Below are positions 42,142-56,099 of a stretch of 64,000 nt of DNA, one piece after another; position 1 is the stretch's first letter, and each line of letters begins with the position of its first letter. The DNA is from the human T2T-CHM13v2.0 reference genome, Homo sapiens, in assembly GCF_009914755.1 (NCBI RefSeq), contig NC_060929.1; one strand, given 5' to 3'. Made by a program: the position numbers and the translations under genes. The notes below the pieces were generated by a model that had not been told where the DNA came from, searched no databases, and worked only from the letters and a program-made list of their open reading frames with translations.

Positions 42142-42569
42142 TGCACTGGGTTGAATTGTGTCCCCCCAGAAGAGTCCTAACTCCTGATACCTGTGACTGT
42201 GGCCTCATTTGGAAATAGAGTCTCTGCAGATATAATCAAACTAAGATGAGGTCATATGAGATCAGGGTGGGCCTTAATCCAGTGACTGCTGTCTTTATAA
42301 GAGGGAAATTTGGACACAGACAAACACAGAGGGAAGAAGCCATATGTAGGCAGAGGTGGGAACTGGAGTGATGTAGCTACAAGCCAAGGAATGCCAAGGA
42401 CTGCCAGCAGCCGCAGGAAGCTAGGAGAGCAAGGAAGAATTCTTCCCTAGGGCCTTTGGAGGGAACCCTGCTGAGACCTTGATTTTGAACTTCTGACCTC
42501 CTCCAGAACTGTTGCTTTAAGCCACCTCTTTGTGGTAATTTGTAATGGCAGCCCCAGGAACCTAATACA
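42142..42569 (+). mobile_element. ERVL-MaLR solo LTR (MLT1B/C-like)
   Basis: gggttgaattgtgtcccccc...atttggaaatagagtc...caagccaaggaatgccaagg...ggaacctaataca; perfect 5-bp TSD GATGA. Confidence 0.92.
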
Positions 42570-42747
42570 GATGATATTTAATCCCTGCTACAACCTTGTG
42601 AAATGGGAACAATTATTTTTTACTTAACAAACGAGAAAACTGAGGTTGGAAAGGGGGAAATTTGTGGCTGAAGGTCCCACAGCCAGCTGAGAGCAGGTCC
42701 ACAATTTAAACCCAGGTCCAGCAAACCCCCAAACCTGCACCCCTTAC

Positions 42748-42910
42748 CAGTAATGGATCCTCAAACCTGGATGCACTCCATCAATACCCAGAGAGTTAGG
42801 GAAGGTACTGATTCCAGGGCTTTGTCTCTGAAGATGCCCGTGCCATTTGTCTGGGCTGGGGCCCTGAACTCTGCATTTTAACAGCACCCCTGGAGGTTTT
42901 GAAGCAGCCG
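42748..42910. mobile_element. MER5-like hAT MITE fragment
   Basis: gtctgggctggggccctgaactctgcattttaacagcacccctggaggttttg. Confidence 0.6.
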
Positions 42911-45345
42911 TTAGGGAAATGTTTCTTACCACACTCCTGTCACCCAAAGAAGTGTGTCTGCTGGGGCCCAGGAGTCAGGTCACTTGATGGTTTGTCACAA
43001 AGAGGGAGAAGTGGGGGTGAGGTGGAGAGGTGAGTCAGAGGCAGCAGTGGGAGGCTGGGGCCAAGTGGGGAGGACACACCCTCCCTATCTGCCCAGCGAA
43101 GCTCAGCGCACCTGTTCCACATCTCACGGAACTCACATCCAGCCACCCCGGCCCTGCCCTTACACCATCCTGGGACCTCAAGCCCTGGGACTTTTGTCTT
43201 CCTGGGCCTCCTAGAGCCCCTGAATATTAGATGGGGAATTGCTCATGGGGTGTCTCATCCAGCCACCCCACCCCACTCCCACCCACCACCGCCACTTTAT
43301 GGCTCAGAGAACTGAGGCCCTTAGAGGGAAAGGGTCTTGTCCGGAACCTACCCGACCAACCCCTGACAAAGCTTTGCTCCAGATCCTTTTCTCCTGACTT
43401 CCAGAACATACCGTGTGAAGCCAGCAGAAAGCAGCCGTGCACAGAAGTCAGGCCAAAAGGCAGCAGACAAAGAGCCTCAGGAGGGGTGGGCAGATAAGGG
43501 GAGGGATGAGAGGGGAGGGCTTACACAAGCTGAGCGCTTCGTGTGCAGCACCGCTAAAGGCCGCATGTCATCGCCACACTTTATTATATGATGATCGTGT
43601 GTGTCCATTTGACAGATGCGGAAACAAAGCCTTAGGGGGTGTAAAGCCAGCTGCCCAGGCTGTGACCACCAGCTCACACGTGCCTGAGCTAGGAGGCACA
43701 CCCAGCCCTGCTCGCCTCTGAAGCCCGACACCCTTCCCTTTGCTGCCCGGCAGCTCCTCCAACCCCTCAGCCCTGTTCCCAGGCCACACCCTCCCACACA
43801 GGAATCCTGCCTGCAAACCAAGCGTGAGTGCCATTGGCGAGAGGCACAGGCCTCGGAGCGATTCGTTGACAGCAAGTGCTCAGCTGGGCTGCACAGAGAG
43901 CCATCCAGCGGGTGTTGGCAGCAGCAGCCCTCCACCCCCCACCACCAATATTTCAAAGGAAAGATTGAAGCCACATGTTTGGAGGCCATAAGCTGATTGC
44001 TAGAAGGACGTTTCATATAAACAGCATGAGGCAGGGCCTGTCACTTGGACTCACCTTTGGTTCCCAACCCTGGCTATAGCTCTTAAAGCCAGCTCCCGCC
44101 AACTCCACCCTCTCTTCAAACTCTAGACCCAGAACCCTGAGGGTCCCGAGCCCAGGCTCACTGGGAAAGGGTTAAAGCAGAAGGCAGCAGGTGCAAGGGC
44201 AGAGAAGAGACAAGTTTTCCTGGGAATGAGGGTGGGTGCATGGGAAGAGAGAAACGAGGTGCAGTTCTGGCCAGGCCAGCGGAGCTCAGGGAAGGGCTGT
44301 GTTCTAAGCAGCCTGCGCCCTCCTCCCTCCCGCTGAGTGCGGAGTCTGGGGTCTTGCTTCCATTCAACCCTTTATCCCAGGCAAACTTTCTTCCCTCTGT
44401 GGCTGTCAGAGTCCTCTTCTGAGACAGGGGGGCTCTGGTGGTGGGGGTCTCTCCCAGCTGCGAGTTCTTCAGGTCTTGGAGACCCAGCCAGCTGCCCCAG
44501 GCAGGGGCTGAGCCTGGAAAGCAGCCCCCTCAGAGACACAGGTGGGGCCAGGGGAGGAGGTGGCGGGGGTGGGGGATGGGGGGTGCAGTCGGGGGATGGA
44601 GACCGCTGGGCCACACGGGCTGAGGGCTTAGGGTTACCAGAGCCAGGGCAGCACACGTGTGTTTCAAATTTTCTTTCAAGTCTTCTCGAGGCCGGCTTGC
44701 TCTCATCCCTCCCCCCGCCCCCTGGCTCCGAGGCTGTAATCAGTTTGGATGGAGCACAGCAGACACGCTGTGGGGGAGGGGCGTGTGGGGAGCTGTCGGG
44801 GCTGAGAATCATTTTAGGATTTTGATACCTGCCAGCAGCTCGCAGGCCCATCTGAGGCAGGGGACATGAAGTCCTGGACACTGGCTATGCCCAGACTGAC
44901 CCAAGTGCTCGCCAGTGGCCTGTTGATGGGGATCTGAAGGGGAGAGGAACCAGTCCTGGATGTATGTAGAAGGCACTGGAATCTGACAGCTCAGGCTCCT
45001 GTCCTGGCTCTGGCCCTTGCAGGCTGAGCGGACTTGGCTGTGTCATTCTACTTTTCTGAGCCTCAGTGGCCACGTCTGTGAAACAGGGCTTCAATGTCTA
45101 TCATGGCTCTAAAAGTTAAATAAAATATGCCTTCAGAAAGCTTAGTGCAGATGGGTGATCTGGCAGGGACTCCTTTGCCCTCTGGAGAAATAGGAGGAAC
45201 GGATGAAGCAGGGTCCCTTGCACAGAGACTGGAGGCTGCAAAGTCAAGCCTTGGACTGCTGAGGCCATTAGCACAGCATAAATGAGGACTAAATAGCAAG
45301 TCACATTTCCTGCGTGGGTCCCAGTCTGCAGCTATCCGTGAGGGG

Positions 45346-45739
45346 TGACAAAGAGGCTTTGCTTGGCCAGGCTTCAGTCAGGCTCCAGAACCTTCTCCTA
45401 ACCCCATGCGTGCACTTCCTTGTAAAATCTAGTTTTAGCACCTTGACATAGGATCACCCTCATATCCGATCAGGTTCCTCATTCTCTACCATGCCCCAGG
45501 GGATGTCTGGTCACCCTGGTCTGCCTTCAGCAAGAATCCCCTTCACCCCTGATGTTTCCTCTTGGGCCATTTTCCATCCCATGACCCCCTCCCTGCTCCT
45601 CGGCTATAAACTCCCACCTGCCTGGGCTGTATTCGGAGTTGAGCCCAGTTCTGTGCTGAGGTCTCTGTTCCGCTATTGCGATAGTCTGAATAAAATCTGT
45701 CTGCACGGCTTTACCGTCCAGCTCTGGTTTTCTTTGACA
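45346..45739 (+). mobile_element. ERV1 solo LTR (MER31-like)
   Basis: tgacaaag...gtgcacttccttgtaaaatctagttttagca...cccctgatgtttcctctt...gtattcggagttgagccca...ctttgaca; TATAAA 45605, AATAAA 45689. Confidence 0.85.
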
Positions 45740-47019
45740 GAGGGCGGTAGGCATCTATGTGAGGCAACAGCCACCGCCCTGTTCCCGAAGCCAAGTCCAC
45801 ACTGGACCTGTCCTCTCCTGACCACGCGTCGCTCAGCAGCTGCTCAGAGGCATCTGGGCTGCTTGCTTTGACCTCTAACACCACCTGCATTTGAGGTGTG
45901 GGGCTTAATTATTCTCCTTGTCCCTCCATCTGGGGCTGCCACTCTAGATAACTCCAGGTCCCAGGCCACCCACTCTCAGCCTTTGTAAGGTCACAGGGTC
46001 CCCGGAGAACCAGATGAAAATGACTCTCCCTGTCCCAGGGAAAATGCATTTCCACCTAACATTCTGCCACGGGCCCCTTGGAGTTCCTAAATTAAGAAGA
46101 TCCCTGCTTGGGGTTTTAAACTCCATTCACCACACCTGCCAGAGGAAACCAGCCCTCAGGCTGAGAACCCCTGCTCTGAAGCTTGCTCAAGGGGAGATGG
46201 AAGGCTCTTGCAGCCCCATGGTTGGACCCTGGCAAAGCGGGCTCAGGAACTTTGATGTTTAGCCCCTCAAAAGGGCAAGCACCACCTGGTCCTTCCCCAG
46301 GGCTACCCACGTAGAAGGCCTTTCCCTCCCCAGACCTCAGAGGACACCATCGATTCTGCACTTCCGAACCAGAGGATGTGCTGGTTCCTGTCCACCCTCG
46401 CTCACAGGTGGGGAAACCAAGGCCGGGTCATGGGGGCTTTTTCCAGCTCACCCACAGGTTTTAGAGTCTGAGGCCCAGAGCACCCAGTGGACCTCGACCA
46501 GGGGCCCTGGCTGACGTTGGGTCAGCCAGCTGGGCCATGGAGAGGTAGGGGAGTCCGCGTTCCCTCCCCGACCCCCAGCTTTTGTTAGCAACCGATGGAA
46601 ACTGGCAACTCGGAGAGCAGAGGTTCCCGGCTTGCCAGATCGTAGCTAGGAGAACAGATGGCCAATTCATCCCACCAAACTTGGCACCTCCAACAAAAGA
46701 AACAATATGTATTTGGCTCCCTAATCTTTTCCTCAGGTTCCCAGGCAGGTGACTGGAAAGTCTGATGACAAGAAAGCGTCGACTCACCTCTCTCAGGGCG
46801 CAAACCACAAGGCAGGCCTGGCTATTGTTCCACTGCCCCCTCCACCCCATCCTGCTCTCCGCTCTCTGCTCTCCTCCCTCCTCCTCCCCTTTCCTGGGGC
46901 TGCCCAGGCCTATCTGCAGCAGCTCAGGGTCTCCCCCAGAGCCAGTCCCTGGTGAAGGTGGGCTGGTATGCGGGCACAGGGAGGTGCCCATTCTCTGAGT
47001 ATCATACCCCTTCTCTCCT

Positions 47020-47580
47020 TCCACCCTCACAACAGCCCTATGGGGATAGATACTGTTATTGTCCCACTGAGCAGATGAGAAAACTGAGGGATTCACCAGT
47101 AGGCTGCATAGGCTTTCTGCACGCGGCAGAGCTAAGAATGTCCCTTGGGGCCAGGGCACCACCTGACAAGCACTGCCCACTTGCCAGATCTCAGAGAGGT
47201 GGCATGGCCTAGGGTGTAGACCTGGGCCCCCTCCTCACCAGGCTCTGCTCCTCTGGAGGGGCTTTGGTGACCGGGGGAGGGAAACACTCCCATTGAGAAG
47301 TCTGAAGGTGCGACCAAGGTTTCCTGCAGCACCATGAATTTGGGAAGGAAGGGGGCTCCTTTGTAAGCCCTGGAGATACACAACTACAGCTGTCCATTAT
47401 TGAGCACCTACTGCATACTTGGCACTTGATAGGTGCTCCATGTGGGCTCCCCTTAATGGGCTCTGTTTTGTATGTGCTGTGACCCTAGTTGTACAGATGA
47501 AAAATTGGAGACACAGAAAAGTGATGGTTTGTGAAAGTCACACGACCAGTTAAGAGCCTAAGCTGGGACTCTTTCCACTG
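47020..47580 (-). mobile_element. Two MIR fragments
   Basis: cagatgagaaaactgagg (~47075); ttattgagcacctactg...tacagatgaaaaattggag (47397-47520). Confidence 0.75.
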
Positions 47581-48624
47581 CCTCAGCTATTTCTCTCTGT
47601 CCTCCACCCCCAGCCCCAGGGAGGGTGTTAATGAGGCCTGCACAGGAGAGAGGCAGGGGTGAGGAGCTGTGCCCGCAGGTGCCTGCAGGTCTTCCTGCAG
47701 TGGCCAGCCCAGGGCCTGGCGCCACTCCTCCCCTGCCTGTCTGCTCTCCCCAGCATGTGATGGTGGCTGATACCCCCTGGGGTGGGGTGGGGGGGCCCTG
47801 CACGAGTCTGGGCCCTGCCACGACGCCACCCTGGAGACCCAGAGTCTGTCTCCCAAGAACTGCAGTCCTTCCCATTCTGGGATCCCTGGGCGGGGTAGGT
47901 GGGGCTTGGGGAATACTCAGAACTGGCTCAAAGGACTGGGAAGCTCCTCGAGGGCCCCAGTGGGTTGGGGGGGAAACGTAAGCTGCAAGACCTCAGAGGC
48001 CTGGTATTCTATTGTCTTTTTCTGTCTTTGTGCCCAGCTGGTCCTTTCACTCTTTTCCTCTCTGTCTCTGGGTGGCTCAGGGGTCATAGTTTGTGATGTG
48101 TTGGCTAAAGTAAGAATGAGAAGCCAAGAGATCCCATTTTAGCCTCACTTATGCTGGGTGACCCTAGGGTGTTCTTCCCCCTCTCTGGGCCTCCAGCTGC
48201 TGGGCCACAGCTTAGAGCCCCTCAGGGCCCTTAGGCCCTGATGCCCAGGCCATCCCAGGGCAGTGAAGAGCTCAGAAGACAATGTTTGACTGTTTTCTTC
48301 ATACAAGGAACATTTGAGAAGCACTTCCTGGCTCTCGATGGAAAGAGATTTAAAGAGGAAAATAAAGCAAGCATGGAAGTACCTCTTATTGACAAGCCCA
48401 GGCCTTGTTAGCTTAGCGTCTGCTCCTGCTCTGCTTCTGTCCCTCTCTGTGACTTGGGAGCCATTTCTCAAGCCCCCAGCCCTTTCCCTCACGATCTTCC
48501 TCTTCAAGTTCCTGCTCAGGAAAGTGTGCTTCGAAATGTGGGCACAGGGGAGAGTCAAAGTGAGAAGGTTGGCAAAGATCCATAGGAAGACCCCAGAAAG
48601 TGGCCAAGCTCCTACAAAAACATC

Positions 48625-48715
48625 TCACCACCACCGCTGCCACCATCTCGTCCATCACCACTATCACCACCATCATCACCACTTCCAGCATTATCACCAC
48701 TACCTCCGCCATCTC
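48625..48715 (+). repeat. Degenerate (CAC/CAT)n trinucleotide tract
   Basis: caccaccaccgctgccaccatc...catcaccactatcaccaccatcatcaccac; source of the poly-His in the 145-aa ORF. Confidence 0.85.
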
Positions 48716-48822
48716 CTATGTATTACTACTATTGTCAATAGTAGTATATAATAAAAGCAACAACGAATTCTGTTGAATGCTTACCCAATGATATGCATCA
48801 TACTAACTTAAATACTCTGTCC

Positions 48823-49566
<744 letters not shown>

Positions 49567-49639
49567 GGTAGTATGTGGTGACATAAGGATTCGAATCCTG
49601 GTCTTTTTTATTTTGGTGTCTATGAACAGATCAGCATAT

Positions 49640-50020
49640 GGCTGGCTGGCTGAATGGATGAACAAACAGATAGGCAGATGGGTAGATATATGAACAGATG
49701 GAAGGTGGACGAGCAGATGATTGGACAGGTAGGTGTTCAAAAAATGGATGGTTAGATGGATGAGCAGTGGATGAATGGATGGATGTCTGAGTGGGTAGGT
49801 GGATGGACAAATATAAAATGAATGAGTAAATAGATGGAGAATGAGTAAGTCAGTGGAAGGATGGATGGATGGCTGAAAATTTTAGGGGATGGGTAAATGG
49901 GTAGATTGTTTAAGAATTGTATCTGTGACTGGATGGCTGGATAGAAAGATGAGTAGACAGAGGAGAGGTAAGTATACAGGAAGTAGGATGGGCAGGAAGT
50001 GGGTTGGAGGATGGATGATC
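49640..50020 (+). repeat. Decayed (TGGA)n low-complexity tract
   Basis: Recurrent atggatg/gtagatg units. Confidence 0.8.
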
Positions 50021-50699
50021 AGGTTTGGAATCAGAGAAGGGCCATGGCTAAGTAAAACAGTGCCTCAACAGTGATCTTGAATGAAGAGAGCTCAGCTAAT
50101 GTCACCCCCATCATACCTCACCTCTTACTGCTCCAGGAAAACGCTAGTCTCTAAGACTCAGAGGCATCTCAGCTGTGGCTTAATGTTGATGACCAATCCC
50201 ATCAGGAATTAAATGGGGTCCAGGGAAGATCCAGGGTGGCTGTAGCAGAGGGCATCTGTTGGAGAAGCCTGTGAGATGGAACTGGAAGAGTAGGATGAAG
50301 CCCACTGGGTCTTCCACCTGGAATGTTGCTGCCCTGCCCAGAGCTGGCTGGGCATTTGTCCAGGAGACACCATCATAGGGCTGGCTCTGGCCACTCTGCC
50401 CTGTGGTGGGATGCTGAACATATTCAGGCTTGCCTCATCACCCAAGCAAGGCAATGGCTGTAGAAGGCAGCTCTCACAGTGGGAACAGCACTGGCTCAGG
50501 AGGGCTAGGAAAGGAAAGGAGGCTGACATCAGGACGGGAAGCCCTGCCATGTTGGCAAAGCCAAGAGAAGCCCAGGAACACCCGGCTCCAGCCCAAGCAC
50601 AGCTGATGGCCCAGCTCTGCCAAGTTTCACTGCCTGGGGCACATTTTTATGACAGAGGAATAATTAGAGGCAGGCCTCCTATTCCTGGCCTTTTCCTGG

Positions 50700-51100
50700 T
50701 GCTGTGTGTGAGTACACATTGCACACTTGTGCATGCTCACACACACACATAGGTTGTATGGGTGAACATGGATGTCATAGTGGGTTTCTGTTGTTTGCCT
50801 GTGTGTATGTGTTAAGGTTTGAGTATATACGCTAGGATATTTCATACGTGTGAGTTTGTATGTGACCACATGCTTGTGTGTATATGAGAACATGTTTGAA
50901 TGTGGGTAGATGTGCTTATGTGTATGTGAGCACATTACTGTTCACGTGCTTGCACATGCATGAGCATATGTGCATTTGCATTAGCATGTTGTGTGTAAAG
51001 GTATTCGCTTCTGTGTATTGGTGCATATACTTACTGTTTGCATGTGTGGGAACTTGTTTGTGTAAGTGTATGTGTGTGTATGCGTGTGCACACGTGCATG
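50700..51100 (+). repeat. Decayed (TG)/(CA)/(TA)-rich tract
   Basis: gtgtgtatgtg, tgcacatgcatgagcatatgtgc, gtgtatgtgtgtgtatgcgtgtgcacacgtgcatg. Confidence 0.8.
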
Positions 51101-51559
51101 TTCAGGTGGATCTGAGTGCTTGTCGAGGGATGGAGTTCATGGAATGATGGGACTCACATACTCCAGACCCAGCCTCACCTTTTATGATCTACCCTCCACC
51201 CTCGACCTCACTCTTTCACACAAACTGCAGGAGCCAAACAACTAGTAGCTACACCAACACTCTAGGCTGTTTCAGGCCTCCGTGATTTTGCTTGTGCCGC
51301 CTGGAACACCGTACTTTCCCTTTCTCCTTGGTAAAGCTTTTGTTCATCTTCCAGGTCCAGGTTTCATACCCTCTGTGCTATCTTCCTGGGTACCACAGAC
51401 TCTATCCTCTGAGCTCCCTGCTCCCTCTCAGACAGCCGTCTCTTAAGCCATGAGGTATTCTTTGTTCTTCCTGTAGACTGGGATTTGCTTGAGGGCAGGA
51501 TCTATATGTAATTCCTTTCTGGAAAACCAGGGATTGAAACAGGATCTGGCATGCAATGG

Positions 51560-51765
51560 GCTGGATGGGTGAATGGAGAAATAGATGAATGACAGATGGA
51601 TGGACAAACAGATGGAAGGAAGGATGGATGGATAGATGGATGGATGGATGGTTGGATGGATGGATGGATGGATGGATGGATGGATGGATGGATGGACAGA
51701 TGGATTGGTTGGTAGATGTGTGGATAGATGGATGGGTGAACAAGCGAGTAGATGGATGAGTAAAT
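51560..51765 (+). repeat. (TGGA)n array at an L2 3' tail; (TGGA)11 at 51653-51696
   Basis: Direct count; preceded by an L2-like end (cttgagggcaggatct...ctggcatgcaatgg). Confidence 0.93.
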
Positions 51766-53279
51766 GGCTAAATCTGGTGCTTTTCTTCCAGAATCCTGGA
51801 TTCTGAAGGGAGGCTTTGCAGCCCTTCCTCGTGGATCACTTGCTCTGGTACAGAAGAAACAGTCTCTTTGCTTGCAGAGGAAGGCTGCAACCTCAGAGCC
51901 TGCCTGCTTTCTCCCCGCTCAGCCCTGGCTCTCAGGAGGGCTGGCTCCAGATTGGCCACCTACCTTACTGAGGAGAGATTAGGTCTGAAGAGGCCTTGCT
52001 GAGTGGCTTAAGTTAGCCCCTGTTTGTGTTCCTGGGCTTTCAAAGGCTGGGGAGAAGACAGAGGAGGGGCCTGACTTCAGGCCCCACGGCTAAGTGGGGA
52101 GGGATTGTGTATCCTCCAGGCCTGAACTGCAGGCAGCTCAAAGCAGGACCCTAGGAGTTTTGAGACAGGAAAATGGTGTTTTGTCTTGTTAATGATTCAC
52201 TTGGCTTTGAACTGGAGAGTAGTCAGGTGTCCCCAGACGGCGGCTTTTGAGCTGGTCTAGGGGAGGGGGCAGGGCGTACTCAGGCCCCGGATTACAGAGG
52301 CCTTCCCGGGGGAAGGGGGCCTTTGATGGGGCCGGGTCTGTTGTCCGGAGTCTGCTTTGCTGGTGGCTGGAGCCCCCTAATGAGGGGGAAAGGGCTCCGT
52401 TTGGAGGCATTCCCCTGGCCTCCCTTGGGCAGCAGGCGGAGACCTCCTTTGATGTCGTAGTCCTTAAGCCAAGTGGGGACTAATTGCCACAAGGTACAGA
52501 ATGTTCTGGTTGCTTGGGGGGTCTGCAGCCTGCTCACAATGCCACAGCCACCCTGGGGTGGGGGAAAAGGCAGACACTCTCCTGATGTGAGACAACTCAG
52601 GGGCATTTGTTGTGTTTTTATTTTTCCTTCATGCACAGAGCCACAGACAGAATGGGAAACCCACTACACACTGCACACTACACACACACACACACCTTAC
52701 TCCACTGCAAGTTTGTAAACAGTATTATGCTTGAAAGCATACGTTTTTTAAATCAAAGAGTCAATGAGGTGGGAGGAATAATGGCAACGAGAAAAAAAAG
52801 CAGACGTTGACAGGCTGGCGCCAGACAGATTTGGGTTCAAGACTCAGCTTTGCCACTCACACTTTGCTGGGGCAAGTCACTGGACTTTCCAGGCACCAGA
52901 ACGCTCTGCAGATGCAAGAGCTCATGCCTGACCTGGAGTAGGTGCTTCTGTTTTTGTCTGTTGACCTTCTATTGCTGAGGCAACTGCATGCTTGAAACAG
53001 TTCACTAAAAACACAGGTGTGTGGAACTGGCCATTCCACATGGTGTGCAGGCAAGAGGAAAACCTGTCAGGAAACGTCAGATCATTCTCATTTGGGCAAA
53101 GAGCAGGGAGAGGATGGTTTCCTTTGAATTTTAATATTTGTGCCCACATGGATTCCATCTCAAAGGAAGAAGATCTTGTTTTCCCTGGGCTGTGCTCACT
53201 CCATACTCCTCTCTAGATCTCTAGATCTCTGTGGACTCTAGAGTCAGAGCAATTATTATTATTGAAAGAAAAAGTTACA

Positions 53280-53480
53280 GTCAATTATTGTGTTTATACA
53301 TGATATCAGGCACGGGGCTGGGTGATCTGACTACATTATTCCTGGACTTCACAGTGACACTCTCAAAGAGTTTGTAACTCATTTTACAGATTGGGAAACC
53401 AAGATTCAGAGAGACAAATGACTTGCCCAAGAACATCCTACGTGGAAATGGGGGAGGCAGCTTTCTGCCTGGCCTGGCTC
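53280..53480 (-). mobile_element. MIR
   Basis: cattttacagattgggaaaccaagattcagagagacaaatgacttgcccaag. Confidence 0.8.
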
Positions 53481-54559
53481 CAGAGCCTAGGTCCTCCCAA
53501 GCCCACCCCAGAGGAATGAACTGAACAAGCTTCTGGTAGCTTCATCTCCCCATCTGGTCACCAGGAATAATAATGGGATGTCCTGCTGGGAGGCAGAGCC
53601 TCTGCAAAGGTACCCAGAGGGGAACCCTGTAGACGTGGCAGGGACCTGGAACACTTCTGCTGCCTCCCTTCCACCCTCATCACCTGCTTCCCCCAACAAC
53701 ACCCCCGCCCCACCCCCCACAGATATTCCCTACCCCCTCCCCCACCACATCCACTATCCGGAACCTGGAGAAAGGGAGAGCTGGGGAAATGGGGGTAGTG
53801 ATGTCCATCAAGTTGTTCCTCCAGACTGTGGTGCCCCTTCTTTGTGGTTCCATTCTGACCTTTGGCCTCTGGATAGGGACCCTCCTGCCGGCCCCTACCA
53901 GTGTCAAAAACCACCAGGAGAAGCTTCCAGGATGGAGAAAAGAGAAGGACCTGTCTCTCTGGCTGTCCCTCAGTAAGCAGCAGAAGAGAAATAGCTGGAC
54001 CCTGATGTTCCATAAACACAAGCCGGTGGCGAGCCCAGTGAGGAAGGCTGTGGGAGAGGAAGCGGGAGCAGAGAGGGCAACACCCCACAATCTGGATATG
54101 GCAACCCTTAGTTACACGCGAGACGGCTCTGAGAGGTGAGGCAGTGCCACGGATGAGCTGCATAGCAGGAACCCAGAGCCAGCTTGGGCTGACTTTGGAC
54201 ACGAGGCTAAGCCCAGGACCTGGGAATGAGGAAGCGGCTGAGAATGAGCCTCCAATGGGGCTTGTGGTCATTGCCAACAGTGTGGTCCTGAGGACCCCAG
54301 CTGAGAGGAGGTGCCCCCAAAGGGCTGTCATGAGACAGACACCGCAACTGTCCCTGGGAAGGGAGGGTCTGTGGCTGTCCTACTTGTTCCCTGTCTTGGG
54401 GGAGAGAATTGGGGGTGTCCCTGGATGAGCGGAGAGCCCCTCCGGAAGCAGAGGCACCATCGGGACAGAGGAAAATCTAAGAAGCTCTGGCACAGTTCCT
54501 GCTTCCACTACCTTCACCTTTCTTCTTCTTCTTAGAAAATATCAATGTGGAGACAGCTT

Positions 54560-55270
54560 TATTGTTTTAGAGCAGTAATACATTCTCCTTTTTTTTTGTA
54601 ATGTCAAAATACAGGTAGGCAAAAAAAGAGACAATAAAAATGCCCAGAGAAGGTCACTGTCCCTCAGGCTCACTTGGTGTATATATACCTTGTGGAACGG
54701 CGATTGCTTCTCCCCTGCTTAACACATTGTGAGCACGTTTCCGTGTATACACACCTCTATCGTGATTTTAAATGCGTCCATAACATTCCAAGGATCATCA
54801 CAGTTTTTTAAACCAATGCCCTAGTGTTGAGCATTTAGGTTGTTTCCAGTATCTCACGGTGAGACGTCTTTCTACTCCTGAGACTCCCTCCCGAGCAGTG
54901 GTGTTGCTGTGTTAAAGAGCATGAGCATTTTGTAAGTCTTTGGTGGCCAAAGTGTGCCCTGGGAAGATCTGTCACTCTACCACCCCAGAAAGTATCCAGA
55001 GTGCTGTTCCTTCTCACTGTGTTCAAAGCTGGATATGAGTGATCACTTTTTAATCTTCGGTGACCCGATAAGTGAAAAGAAAATCTTGTTTCCACGTGAA
55101 TGTCTTTGACTACTGCCTCTGCTTTCTTCATTCATTTATTCAACAAAAATGTATTGAGTGCTTATCTTGTGCCAGGCATCCTCTATTGCAGGAAGGGTGG
55201 TGGTGCATATTTTAAGCAGAAAATCAAACAATCTCTCCATTACGATTGCAGTCAGTGTTATGAGGAATGG
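54560..55270 (-). mobile_element. L1ME fragment followed by an L2 tail
   Basis: gttgagcatttaggttgtttccag; ttcattcatttattcaacaaaaatgtattgagtgcttatcttgtgccaggca. Confidence 0.7.
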
Positions 55271-55754
55271 TGGCCTGGGGGAGATGGGCTAGTGGGAGCT
55301 TTGGCCTCTTCCACAATCTCTATCAGATTTGATTTTCCTTGCTATGGAAAATGGACCCTTCTCAATGTCATATAAAATTCTCTGTAAATGCAGCTGCATT
55401 TCACCCTCGCCCCTACCCCTCTAACCAGATATTCTTCTAAGCACTTCCAACAAAGATATTTCCAGCAACCTTGTTAAGAAGAGCAAGTGCAAGGGGCTAT
55501 TTCTCTGGCAAGAAAGTCTAGACTATTATCCAAGGCCTGTTTGGGGTGCATTTTCTTCAAAAAGCCTCTGGTTTTCACCAAGACAAACCCCTCTCTCTTT
55601 ATCACACACTGAAAATCTCTTTAAAAGACTCAATAAACGGAGTAATAGAATCAAGGGTGAATTGTCTTCTCCCCTCCAGTGTAGGTGGACAGAATAAATT
55701 CTCTGCATCCCCAGGAGCTCCAGGCCTGGGATGTGGTCCATGAGAAGTAAGTAA

Positions 55755-56099
<345 letters not shown>

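Noticed and set aside
46461-47180. 239-aa minus-strand ORF
   Set aside because: Runs through a MIR (SVFSSAQWDNNSIYPHRAVVR); no homology recognised
48314-48751. ORF with a poly-His tract
   Set aside because: Comes from a (CAC/CAT)n simple repeat
49575-49605. tRNA-like GGATTCGAATCC T-loop
   Set aside because: Isolated B-box-like word, probably a MIR remnant; no cloverleaf
53558-54331. 257-aa minus-strand ORF, the longest in the window
   Set aside because: No recognisable domain, non-ATG start, low-complexity Gly-rich end; plausible by chance in GC-rich DNA
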